From NCBI RefSeq assembly GCF_021869535.1, contig NW_026262723.1, positions 17,546,001-17,610,000 on the forward strand: a DNA stretch of 64,000 nucleotides, in the 5' to 3' direction. The notes under the pieces are model-generated. The model searched no databases, was not told the origin of the DNA, and saw nothing but the letters and a program-made list of their open reading frames with translations. Origin of the DNA: Mytilus californianus. Its lineage: Eukaryota. Position 1 is the stretch's first letter; each line of letters starts with the position of its first letter. This document shows positions 12,381 to 24,240 of the stretch, piece after piece. The translations under genes and the position numbers were made by a program.

Positions 12381-12424
12381 ACGCCAGACGCGCGTTACGT
12401 CTACAAAAGACTCAACAGTGTCAC
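12381..12424 (-). ncRNA. Degenerate minimal type I hammerhead ribozyme within a short Penelope/retrozyme-like repeat (about 12350-12500)
   Basis: Minus strand: CTGTTGA GTC TTTTGTA GAC GTAA CGCGCG TC TGGCGT. Core CUGAUGA is changed to CUGUUGA and GAAA to GUAA. Confidence 0.7.
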
Positions 12425-13029
12425 CCGAATAAAAAAAAATTAAAAAGGTCAAATAAAGTACGAAGTTGATGAGCAATGAGAACCCAAAATTCGGAAAAGT
12501 ATGAAAAGTGAAAGAAAAGTAAACTTATAAAGTTAATAGATTTAAATTTCATTGTCTGTAGGACATTTATCCTCTTACATATTAAAACTTGTAAAATCAC
12601 ATGAAAGATACTGAAATGTACTGTTTCAAATACTTTAACAGTATAAAGCTATTTTTTTCAAGTCATTTATTTTGAAATGTCTAAAATTTCTAATAAACAT
12701 AAGCTTATGTTCAAATCTTAATCCAGAATATTCATTTGAATACTAGAACATTTTTGTTTAGATATGTTCGAGCTGGAAATAATCCGATGTTCACCAATTC
12801 TTTGCCTCTTGTCCTTTTCTTGTTATCATGTTTATCATTTTGATGGCATTTTCTATATTTTCAGGCTTCTTTTTTTATTTATTTTTGGGTGTTAACTGAG
12901 GTTTGATATACTTTCTTGTGGCTGTGATACTTTTCCCCAAAAAGAAACCACAACCGAAATGACTTTTCAGATTTAAATAAAATTAGCTTCTTATTTCGTT
13001 TTGCTACTTATGTAGATATAGGAAGATTT

Positions 13030-14900
13030 TAAAAAGTAAAATAACAAAAAGTCCGAACTCCAAGGAGAATTCAAAATGGAAAGTCCTTTATCAAATGGCA
13101 AAATCAAAAGCTGAAACACATCAAACGAATGGAAAACAACTCTCATATTCCTGACTTAGTACAGGCATTTCCTTATGTAGAAAATGGTGTATTAATCCTG
13201 GTTTTATAGCTAGCTAAACCTCTCACTTGTATGACAGTCGCATAGAATTCCATTATATTGACAACAATGTGTGAGCAAATCAAACAGACATAATAGATAC
13301 AAATGTCAAAAATTGGGGTACAGCAGTCAACATTGTGTTATAATCTTAATCACTATAAAAACAAATAACTATTTCAACAAAGAAAAACAAAATGACATAT
13401 AAACAAAGTACAAAGAAAAAAATGAAAGACAAGACTATAAAAATTTACCATAGCAAAATAACATAATGGTGGGATGTATAAATACCGAGCCACGCCAAAA
13501 GTACATTACCAAAAATGGACTAAACAGTAAAGGTTAAAAATACACAAAGAAAAATATAAAGAACAATATAACACGTAATTAAGATGATAAACAACGTCAG
13601 TACCTAGAATCTATACTTCAAGACGATCATGTGTTATTTGTGAAGTTGATACGGAATATTTTTCAACTAGGTCTTGTTATCTTCCGATGAAATATTTTAG
13701 AAAAAAGAACTAGACGTTCTTTGACATAACCCTGGTTCATCAACTTTCTGATCAGACACTGGTGACGTTTTATAAAGTCTGAGTAGCAGCTGCAAGCTCT
13801 TGAATACCGAATGAGTTTGGAAATGTATATCCCATATGCAGGTGAAGCTAGTATATTGCTGCTAAGGTGGGGGAAAGTTATAATTTTGAAATTAAAATCG
13901 TCTCGCTTGTCATAGATTCTGGTACTGAGATGACCGCTTATGTCAAATTCGAGAGATAAGTCTAAAAATGAGGCGGAGGAAGCCGTGTCTTTTGTTTCTT
14001 TATTTTCTAGTTTAGGGGGACATATTAATGGAACTCAATCAGAAAAGTTTGGATTGTTAATGGAAAGAACATCATCTATAGATCTGAATGTGAAATAAAA
14101 TGATCTGGTTTCTTTGATCTTCTTGTTTTTGACAAGTGTCTGAAGGAACTCCGACTCATATGAAAATAGAAGAGGTCGGCAAGTAGAGGCACATAGTTCG
14201 TTCCCATAGGAATCCCGACAATTTGATGAAAAAGTCTACCTCCAAATTCAACAAATATGTAGTAAATAAGAAACTCCATCATACTGATCACTTGTTCCTC
14301 TGTGTAGAACGTTTTGCCTTTTTCTTCACTATTAACAAAATATGCCGTATGGTATCCCAAAGCAATAGATTTGTAGCGTATGGTACCATTTTGTATATTG
14401 AAAAGCATTGTGGATTATTTCTTTTACACGTTTTTTCAATTTCAAATGAGGAATGGTGGTAAAAAGGGTTGAAAAATGAAAAGGTTTCATAGAATTATTT
14501 TCAGAGAAAGATCGAGATTTAAAATTACCTAGAAGTTCTTTACAGTTTTTTTAGGATCCACATTATGATTAATACCATTACGCGAGTAAACAGTTTCACA
14601 GTATTTCTGAAGAACTTCTTTCACTGCAGACAGAATTTTTGTCAATCCAATAGACAATTCCTTTATAAAACATGCAGATGAGCCGGCAATGTACCGTTGT
14701 GAGGCTTAGGTATATATCCAATGCAAACAAGGTAAATGTAAGTCCTCAGATTTGCTGTTCAATGTAATGTTCATTGCCATGAAGGACTTATGATTCACAA
14801 AAATATCATCATTGTCAAACCATACTGTCGCTTGAATTTAACAAGACATAAACAACTTATTTAGAGTGCATTTATTTCCAATATAAATTTGTTTTCAACG
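13030..14900 (-). mobile_element. Penelope-like retroelement remnant (Naiad/Chlamys-type RT, disrupted) with 3' non-coding end
   Basis: Minus-strand translation across frameshifts: ...YIAGSSAC...STLFTTIPH...QIVGIPMGTNYVPLLADLF...IDDVLSINNP...SASFLDL...IYDKRDDFNF...FPHLSSNI.ASPAYGIYISKLIRYSRACS. The RT ends near 13600 with no C-terminal GIY-YIG; 13030-13600 is the 3' repeat found elsewhere in the window. Confidence 0.85.
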
Positions 14901-15072
14901 ACATTGGCTCGGTATTAAAACTGCAACTATTGTGATGTTTCTTGTAAAGATTTTAACTGCAAAACCTGCCGCGGTGATTTCAGATGGTAAATTGGTCGGA
15001 ACTACAAAACTATAAGTTACTTGTTTTTCTGCTTTGTATCGATATGATGAGTTAATCACTCATCAACTGATT

Positions 15073-15449
15073 TTTATAGTTTGTTCTTATGTTGTACTGT
15101 TACACCACTGTCCCAGGTTAGGGAAGGGTTGGGCACCCGCTTACGTGTTAAACCCCGCCACATGCTCTGTCCCAAGTAAGGAGCCTGTAATTCAGCGGTT
15201 GTCGTTTGTTGCTGTATTCATATTTGTATTTCGTTCATTGTTTTTACATAAATCAGGCCGTTAGTTTTCTCGTTTGAATTGTTTTACATTTGTCATTTCG
15301 GGGTCTTTTATAGATGACTATGCGGTAAGGGTTTTGCTCATAACTATCATTTGCTATACGGTGACCAATAGTTGTTAAATTATATGCCATTTGGTCTCTA
15401 GTGGAGAGTTGTCTCATTGGCAATTATACCACATCTTCTTATTTTTTAT
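15073..15449 (+). mobile_element. Unclassified interspersed repeat with conserved 3' end GGAGAGTTGTCTCATTGGCAAT(C/T)ATACCACATCTTCTT
   Basis: Related copies at 17205-17625 and 35990-36390, an end fragment near 43760-43820, and reverse fragments near 39800-39900. Confidence 0.75.
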
Positions 15450-15462
15450 ATATACGAGTAGA

Positions 15463-16190
15463 AGGACATTTCAGTAATTAGAAAAATATCCGTGTTGAAA
15501 ATATAAAATAACACTTTAACTTTAATAATGCTTTATATATTTGGTGCGTACGAAGTGCTTTTCTTGATTTAACTTCACTAGGAACGCTCAAACACAAAAA
15601 TTAGGAAGAAGAAATAAAAATTTTAAAGTAGAGGATATGTGTTTACCTGTTGTGACTTCCGGCTATACCAGTTCATTGTAAAATGTGTGTATTTTTGACA
15701 TACTTATAGTATCATTGTAAATTGTAGAGAAATGAACAAAACTTTAAGGCATATACCATCATTAATCGAACATAAAAATTATACAAATTGATTATTTAAA
15801 CTTACAAAGCAGCAATAGTATATCGTCATTCACCTGACCACATGAATAATTAATTGTTTTTGACTGATAAAATATTAAGCGAAGGATCATGTTTCATAAT
15901 TGCAGCGTGTGGCAAAGTAAGAATGTTTTATGTGTATAAGTATGAGGTTTCATTGGGCCTATCAATACAGTATAACAATTACATGGTCGACCGCTATGAC
16001 TGCATCTTAATTTATACCTGGACTTTGAGTATTTAAACTTATTTGACATAATACCGCTATATTTATACTGTTATTTCCATCCGACTTTATTGGGCCTTCC
16101 ACAGCAACTATAATGTTTGACTAAAGGGTGCAGAAATATAAGTTCGACCTCTCCCATCTGGCAGTTAAACCATGTTTAAGTGACCCTTTT
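15463..16190. repeat. Local duplication (partner 18607-19205)
   Basis: Colinear from GGACATTTC(A/G)GTAATTAGAAAAATATC to GGCAGT(T/A)AAACCATG. Each copy contains a degenerate hammerhead-type segment (15545-15590, 18680-18728). Confidence 0.85.
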
Positions 16191-16494
16191 AGTTGTCCAT
16201 GATATAAGATAACTTTATTAGTACTAACACATTAACAATAAATGGTTATGGCAACAAAATACAGACAAACTACAATAACATATATGTACTCAGCATATGT
16301 ACAATGAAGGAGTGACAGTGGATAAGTATGAGAAAAATATAAAACATCAAGTATCTTTTGACAACGAGTTTCTTACCAACAAGCATTCATTCAAATAATT
16401 CACAACATTTTTTAGACTGTTGGAGAATTACTATTTCGAATTGATATAACCAAGTTAAATGATAAAGAAAATAATGTGTTGTTCAATAGAAAAA

Positions 16495-16665
16495 AGGTAA
16501 AATCACAAAAATACTGAACTCCGAGGAAAATTCAAAACGGAAAGTCCCTAATCAAATGGCAAAATCAAAAGCTCAAATACACTAAACGAATGGATAACAA
16601 CTGTCATATTCCTGACTTGGTACAGGCATCTTCTTATGTAGAAAATGGTGGATTAAACCTGGTTT
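16495..16665 (-). mobile_element. Fragment of the Penelope-like 3' repeat family
   Basis: AAAATACTGAACTCCGAGGAAAATTC...GTCATATTCCTGACTTGGTACAGGC...GTAGAAAATGGTGG is the reverse complement of 1590-1755. Further copies at about 23290-23620 and 24300-24625. Confidence 0.8.
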
Positions 16666-17204
16666 ATTCAATTTTTTAATGAAGTTGTCTCTCAAATATT
16701 TATAGGTAGAACATTTTAAAAGAAAATGTAGTTCATCTTCAATATCTCCATTGTTGCATCAAAGACATATCCTACTCTGCTTCGTTAAATTTTAAACATC
16801 GCCCTCTTTTAAATAATAAAATATGAGCACTTATCCTTAACTTACATATTGTTGATCTATCATATTGGGATTTGCATTGATCAACATATGAGGGTCTTAT
16901 ATTTGGTTTATACCTTTGATAAGTGTTTAGTATGACGATAAATTTTCACTTTTGTTCTCGTACTAGGAACAACAAAATTATTTATTTTGTAAAAATTATT
17001 TCCGTACTCCATGTATACCTTACAACAAAATTGTTTTTAATTAACTGTGTACGTTATTTTATTTGGCGGCATTTTGTCCAAGGTTTTGGTTGTCTTTATG
17101 GTATTGTTAAACATCTAACCCCCTTGTTTTATTAATTTTGTATTTACATTGTGTCATAGATCAAATTTATTTTTTCAGTGTATGTTACTGGTTTTTCCTT
17201 ATAT

Positions 17205-17625
17205 GTCTTTTGATTGAGTTAAGCCATTTCAATTGATATTTTATAGTGTGTCTTTCTATGTTGTGATGTTACACTATTGTTTCAGGTAGGCTGAAGGTTG
17301 GCGCCTATTAAAACGTTTAAACCCGCTGCATTTGTTGCACCTGTCCTAAGTCAGGAACCGGATGTTCAGTGGTTGTCGTTTGTTGATGTGGTTCATAAGT
17401 GTTGCTCGTTTCTCGTTTTTTATATAGATTAGACCGTTGGTTTTCCTGTTTGAATGGTTTTACACTAGTCATTTTTGAGGCCCTTTATAGCTTGTTGTTC
17501 GGTGTGAGCCAAGGCTCCGTATTGAAGGCCGTACTTTGACCTATAATGGTTTACTTTTACAAATTGTGAATTGGATGGAGAGGTGTCTCATTGGCACTCA
17601 TACCACATCTTCTTATATCTATTAT
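17205..17625 (+). mobile_element. Unclassified interspersed repeat (same family as 15073-15449)
   Basis: Shared TGTTACAC...GTCC(T/C)AAGT...GGAGC/GGAAC...GGTTGTCGTTTGTTG...GTCTCATTGGC...ATACCACATCTTCTT. Confidence 0.75.
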
Positions 17626-17644
17626 ATAGTATATTAAAGAAGTT

Positions 17645-18192
17645 TATATGATTGCGTTGGATAAAAACCGCAATTTTTATACGTGTGCATGCAAAACAAA
17701 TTTCTTGGTAGAGGGGTCTAAATACAGCACAAACAACATTTTCCAAAAGACCAAAAAAGTGAAAAAGTATATTTTAACAAAACGCATTTGACTAACAGGT
17801 CGAACAACGGATGTTCTCAAACCCTGCTGACTGCCATTGGCGATTGCCAAATAAACGGATCACAAGATGTAACAAAATGGATCTTTACTATTAATTTAAT
17901 ACCAAACAGAAAACAATAAACTTGCGGAAAAGATGGTATACCGCAAACATGAGGTGCAAAAATTTGTACACCATATCCGGATTTCGACAATTAATGTCTC
18001 TTCAGTGATGTAAGGAATCGTAAAGAGTCGAAATAGGATGAACGGATCATATAAACCCGAAGGAAAATATAATACAAGCCCAAACGAAAAAATATAAATA
18101 AGTCTAATTTGAAAACAACGTTCAAACCTATGATTGCGTTGGATAAAAAACCGCAATTTTTATACGTGTGCATGCAAAACAAATTTCTTGGT
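17645..18192 (-). mobile_element. Non-autonomous Penelope/retrozyme-like element, about 485-bp unit with about 63-bp terminal direct repeat, carrying one hammerhead
   Basis: TATGATTGCGTTGGATAAAAA(A)CCGCAATTTTTATACGTGTGCATGCAAAACAAATTTCTTGGTA occurs at about 17646-17709 and 18129-18193; the hammerhead lies between. Confidence 0.75.
17969..18010 (-). ncRNA. Minimal type I hammerhead ribozyme with intact catalytic core
   Basis: Minus strand 5'-CAUCA CUGAAGA GAC-AUUAAUU-GUC GAAA UCCGGA UA/ UGGUG-3'. Stem I CAUCA/UGGUG, core CUGANGA + GAAA, stem II GAC/GUC, palindromic loop III UCCGGA, cleavage after AUA. Confidence 0.88.
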
Positions 18193-19511
18193 ATATATAT
18201 ATATATATACGCAGTCAAGATCAGTCGAAATGGATTGTAAATCCGATGCCTCGTGCACGGAAAGTACCACGCTCTCTTTATTATAGAAACCTTGCATGAA
18301 CTCTTTGAGGGTCCGTAAGTGGTTTTTGTAAAGAACAAGAAAGAATGTCTCCTCCTATAGCTAACATATTTTCATTTCTATGTGGCAGTCGGATTTCCCG
18401 ACATTTATCCCGGACGACACACTTAGAAAATCCTTAGTCGTAAATATTTACTTGGTTACGTAACGACAGTAAATCCTCCTTCAGTTGTCCGTATTGTGTG
18501 ACATTGCTTACAGTTGATCCATGGTGGGCGAAGCGAAATTTAATCACAATCCTAAACATGTTACACTGACGTTTACATTCTAAACATCATTTGTACAGTG
18601 TAACCAGGACATTTCGGTAATTAGAAAAATATCGATGTTAAAAATATAAAATAAAATTCTAATAATGCTTTATATATTTGGTGCGTACGAAGTGCTTTTC
18701 TTGATTTAATTTCACTAGGAACGCTCAAACACAAACCTTAGGAAGAAGAGAAAAATTGAAAGTCAAGTAAGTAAAATATGCGTTTACCTATTTGTGACAT
18801 ACTTATTGTCATTGTAAATTATAGAGAAATGACCAAAACTTTAAGGCATATACCCTCATTAATTAGAAATAGAAATAATACAAATCAATTATATAAACTT
18901 ACATAACAGCAATAGTATATAGTCATTCACCTGACCACTTAAATGCTTAATCTTGTTATTGACTGATAAAAGTATGTGTATAAGTATGAGGTTTCATTGG
19001 GGCCTATCAATACAGTATATCAATTACATGGTCGAGCACCGCTATAACCTCATCTTTAAACTTGGACTTTAAGAATTTACATCATACCGCTATATTTATA
19101 TGGTCATTTCCATTCAATTGTATGGGGCCTTGCACAGCAACCAAAATGTATAGAAATATAACCTGGACCTCTGCCACCCGGCAGTAAAACCATGCTTAAG
19201 TGAACCTTTTTTCTTTGTGCAGGATATATAAATACGAAGTCAAATCAAGTCAGAATTGATAGATAATCCGACGCCTCTTGCACGGAGAGTACAACGCTCT
19301 CTATTATAGAATCCTTGCATGAACTCTTTAATGGGTTCGTAAGTGAATTTTGTACGGGAAAAGAAAAATTGTCTTGTATAGCCAACATACTTTCATTTCA
19401 GTGTGGCCGTTGGATTTCCCGCCATTAATCTCGGACGACACACTTAGAAAATGCTTAATCCTTCAATTCATTTTGTTTTTATAAATGCAGTTATGCCCTT
19501 TATATTACGTA

Positions 19512-19922
19512 TATAAACTCGTCATAGATACCAGGATTGCAATTTTGTACATCAGACGCGCGTTTCGTTTACAAAAGACTCATCAATGACGCTCGATTCA
19601 AAAAGTTATAAAAGCCAAATAAAGTACGAAGTTGAAAAGCGCTGAGGACTCAAAATTCCAAAAAAGTTTTACCAAATGCAGCTAAGGTAATCTATTCCTG
19701 GGGTAAAAAATCCTTAGTATTTTGAAAAATTTAAGATTTTGTAAACAGGTATTTTAAAGTTATTACCATATCAGTGATAGTTCATGTCAACACAGAAGTG
19801 CTGACTACTAGGCTAGTGAGACCCTCGGGGAGAAAAACTCCACCAGCAGTGGCATCGACCCAGTGATTGTAAATAAACTAATCATAGATACTAGGATTGA
19901 ATTTTTTTACTCCAGACGCGCG
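19512..19922 (-). mobile_element. Penelope/retrozyme-like element, about 360-bp unit with terminal redundancy; mutated hammerhead at about 19549-19594
   Basis: TAAACT(CG/AA)TCATAGATAC(C/T)AGGATTG...CAGACGCGCG occurs at both ends. Minus strand GAGCGTCA TTGATGA GTC TTTTGTA AAC GAAA CGCGCG TC TGATGT. Confidence 0.75.
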
Positions 19923-21070
19923 ATAGTAAATCCTTCTACATTTGTCCGTATTGTGTGACCTGACTTATAGTTAATCCGTGATGGACGAAGCGGCGAGCTT
20001 CAATTGTATTTTTTCCAATTATATTTTTTCTTGTGATTTCAGACATATAAAAACAATCTAAATAATTGACAAATACTTCAGATAGCGAAATATCTGAAAT
20101 CATAAATTTCTCCACTTCCATGCAAGGATCGATGCTCTCTTACTCTGAAATAAACGGAGCATTTCGAGAAAGCATGGAGAACGTTCGAACCTGCCTCTTG
20201 GTTGAGATTAGGAAAATGAATTGATAAGAAAAATCATGTTCTTCAAGACTACAATGTCAATCAGTAAACCTCCGACGGATATAGTGTGGAGACGTCAGAA
20301 GTAGCCCAGGAAAGGCATGGCTATGCACAATGCCGAAATAAAAGTACCGACAGGGCATAGTTGATAACATGTAGATAACGATATATGTTTAGTTATGCAT
20401 AAAATTATTTAAAAAAATATTAATGTTAGTATCGATACCGACAATATTCAAAGATCATAATACAATGCTAAGTTGATAAACCTTTAGGAATAATTGTATT
20501 CTAATTTAAACTAACGACCTCTTCAAACAACATGATGTAATATCATATTTGTTATAAAATGAAAGCTGCAGTTATCTTCCAAATTAAATCTATGAAAGAA
20601 TTTGGCAAGTGTTTTAAGTAATTTGTGGTCACGAAATCTGTGACTTTATAATTATTCAGTTGTACATATGTTACGATTCATTAAAACATCACTGCATACA
20701 TGGGCATAGCGAACCAGCTAAGTAAACGAAGAGGTCTCGTTTGTCTAAAGTTTTAGTAGATAGTTTCCCCGGTGAAACAGAAATATTAAAAATCATTGCT
20801 GTTACTATTACATTAGTTATAGTTTGATCTTTGTGATAAATTCCGCCGTATAATTATAAAACTCTGTATTACTTATAAAGCAAAAATATCATCAAGGTAG
20901 CTGAATGTGTTATCACTGTTTTTTTTTTTTTAATTTAATTAAGATGGGTCCTTACTGAGTTTAACCATACTACAACCCATCGATTAACTTACTCGGCAAA
21001 ACGCGTACATGTATGCAGTGGAGGAGAAGTTGACGGCTTTGATCAACTCATCACAGTTCCCGATTGTATA

Positions 21071-23211
21071 CACTACAAAAGTCAAAAAGACTGAAAAGAC
21101 CAGTTTGTGTCTGAATTTGCATGAATTTTTACTCGACATTCTTAATTTGTCTGAATAATTTTTAAAAATTCTTGACATAGTATGAATTTGTCTAATAAGG
21201 TTCTTGATTTTTCTTGACAAGTGTCTTGACAGTATGAGCATTGTCTTAAAATTTCTCGACACTTCCTGTATCATCTGATAAGAGTCTGGATTAGTCTCGA
21301 CCAATTCTTGACTGTCTCAAATTTGTCTCGATCTGTCTGGACATATTCTTGACATTCTTAATAATGTCTGAATATGTCTCGACATATTCTTGACATTCTA
21401 AATAATGTTTGAATATGTCTCGACACATTCTTGACAGTCTTAAATATGTCTTGACACTATCTCAACAGTATAAATTTCGCCTGAAATGTGAACAGACTTA
21501 TTCTGTACTGTTTATGACATTCTATTGCTGTTGTATACTCCTTTTTATTATGGCTAAACTAAACTTTGAAGAATCAAGGATTAATTTGGTATAGTAAGAT
21601 ATCCTTTTGGTGCAACTAAGTTGGAATACCCTGAATAATCCCCCATGTAGTTTAATTTTGATTTATTTTTATTAAACATTTAAGTAATTGTTTTCACTTG
21701 GAATATAAGTCGAAGGTATTGACAAACAGCATTTAGATTTTTGCCGTTCGCAAAACTGCCAGTCAAATTTGCTTTACTAAAATAGGTGTCTTGTATCTCT
21801 TTTGGACCCCACAATTCATCTTTTGGGTTTGTGTGGCTAAAAAAAGAGGGGGGGGGGGCTTTCGTTTAGGTCAAAGAATTTGTTCCCATCTTGATTCAAA
21901 CACTTTATTATTTTTTTAGAACTACCCAAAAACATTTTTTATTCAAATTTGAGTGTTGAATTTTAGAATATTTTATCAAAAATAAATATTTGTGATAACT
22001 CCTTCCTGAAAAGAAAAAAATGTTTAGATCTATATTATGCATGTCTGTTTGAGAACCATTTCATAAGACCGATGATTTCTATAGAAATCATTGATTGGAC
22101 CCATTATAAATACATTTTTTTTTATTATTCCTGGAGTAGATAATAATTTTCTTTTAATCTTTGGGAATTATTCAATTTGTTTTTATGTTAAAATAATTAA
22201 CTTCATAATTTTGATGAAGAAAATCCATTTCAATTCAATTTTTTTTCATCAAAATGATGATTTTCATTTTCATCTATCAACAAACTTTTTAAATTGTAGT
22301 GGCATGGTCGGTCAATTGATAAGTTGTATGGCTGATTACAGGTAAAGCAATAATTTCTATTTGACAGTTGCCTGTACTCTGGGGTGTGAAATACCTTAAT
22401 TTTATGGGGAACATCCTGTCCATGTGTAATACTTAATATATTCCAACAGATGACATTACACAAATTTTTCTTCTGTTAAATGAATGATTTGTATATCATC
22501 ATAATTTGCTATTTAAATAAACCACATTTTGGTATAATAATTATTTACCATATCAACATTGAATATTATGAATGTAGAATGAAATATGTCTACAGTATGA
22601 TTGGTTTGAATCATTTAATTTATAAGATTTAGGAATCAAAATTTGTAATTATTTAAAAACCCACATTGAAATTGTTTTATATCAACACACCCACATTTGA
22701 ATTATTTTATACTTTAGATTTCATAGCCATATTTGCATTTGTAAAAATATTTATATACCCAAATTTTCAATTATTTTACATGCCCAACTTTTATTTTTGT
22801 TGTAAAGAAGTGTAACCTGAAACAACAGTATATCATATAAAGAGAAATAAAGATTAAAGTTATATCATGAATATTGGTCATGATTTGTAAAACTCAGAAC
22901 TGTCAAGTAAATTTAAGACACGATTCAAAATGTTCAGAATATGTCAAGCCATACTGAGAAAAAATAAGAATGTCGAGAATATGTCGAGAAATTTCAAGAC
23001 AGTATTCAAATGTCAAGAATTTGTCAAGAAATTTTAAGACCATATTCAGAATGTCGAGAATATGTCGAGTAAATTTCATACAAATTAAATATAAATGAGA
23101 ATTTGTCAAGAAAAATTAAGACACAAGTCATACTTTTGGAGAATTTCGAGTAAAAGTTCATGCAAATTAAGACAAAAACTGGTCTTTTCAGACTTTTAGA
23201 CTTTTGTAGTG
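21071..23211. mobile_element. Non-autonomous CACTA (EnSpm/CMC) DNA transposon, 2141 bp
   Basis: Starts CACTACAAAAGTC, ends GACTTTTGTAGTG; imperfect TIR of about 55 bp; 3-bp TSD ATA at 21068-21070 and 23212-23214; subterminal TCTTGACA/TCTCGACA repeats in opposite orientation at each end; no transposase ORF. Confidence 0.92.
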
Positions 23212-23639
23212 ATAATAGATGATTTCATATAAGTGAAGCAAATAAAGTTGTGATTTCAGATTTTAGAAGCACCATTTTAAAAAAATAAGAAAACTTATAA
23301 TGTATTAACTAAAAACCGAACTCCAAGGTAAATTAAAAAAGGAAAAGTCCATAAAACCTGACAAAAACTATGCTCCGACTATATAAAAAAAGTAAAACAA
23401 AATTATTGAACTCCAAGGTAAATTGAAAAAGGGAAAGTCTATAACAACTGACAAAATCAAACGTAATAAAAAAACGAAAAACAAATGTCATATTCCTGAC
23501 TTGGCGCAGGCATTTTCCGAACAAAATAATGAGTTAAACCTGGTTTTTAAGCTAGCTAAACCTCCGACTATTATGACAGCTGTTTATAGTTCCGTTATGC
23601 TGACATATTTTATTTTTTTAACGTTACAATAATCGAGAT

Positions 23640-24240
23640 CCAGCGGCCCAAATTGTGTAAATATGCAACATAGATATACAACAAGCCTGAATTCAAAAAT
23701 CTAAACATGTAATACTATGTATGCTTTTTTACAAAGTCGTACAAAAATTTCTTTAAAAGTAGTCCGGAAACTTGTTAAAAGATTAGTTGTGGAGCACTTA
23801 CTTTAACATGTAAAAGCCGAGATGAAACGATGTTTTTTAAATTTCGATAACGAATGTTCAGAGGAGGCCTTAAGCTGAGATGTCCTGGTGATATGAATTT
23901 CCACTATTTTACTCTGTGTTAAGCGTACGTCGTTGAATATAGAATAATTCATAATTTCATTATTGATAACGTCCTTGTATTATTTACGTCATACCACCAC
24001 CACATTGCTGGCTGCTTTGTCAACCGGTTTAAACACAAAACGTTTTCCGAGAACTTGAAGTCTATTTCGTATCTTTTGAAACGAACGTATTTTATACATT
24101 CTATTAATTCGTTAATCATAATATTCATACAGTTATTGAAAAAAGAATCACGTGGTTTGTTATTCGATTTCTCTCATTTACACCAATTTTAATTATAAGA
24201 TATATAGCATATTTTATTAGCTGGAAACACTTTTTCGGTC
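23640..24240 (-). mobile_element. Second, more decayed Penelope-like RT fragment (N-terminal RT region)
   Basis: Minus frame RFVFKPVDKAASNVVVV*RK*YKDVINNEI...KHRFISAFTC*SKCSTTNL matches the remembered PLE pattern FVxxPxDKAxNNxxxVCKxYY...YRFIAxSxxCST. Confidence 0.6.

Noticed and set aside
14020-14030. In-frame TGA in the Penelope RT as selenocysteine (reported for some Naiads)
   Set aside because: It falls where Trp is expected (FSD*VPL), the element has many other lesions, and no SECIS was identified.
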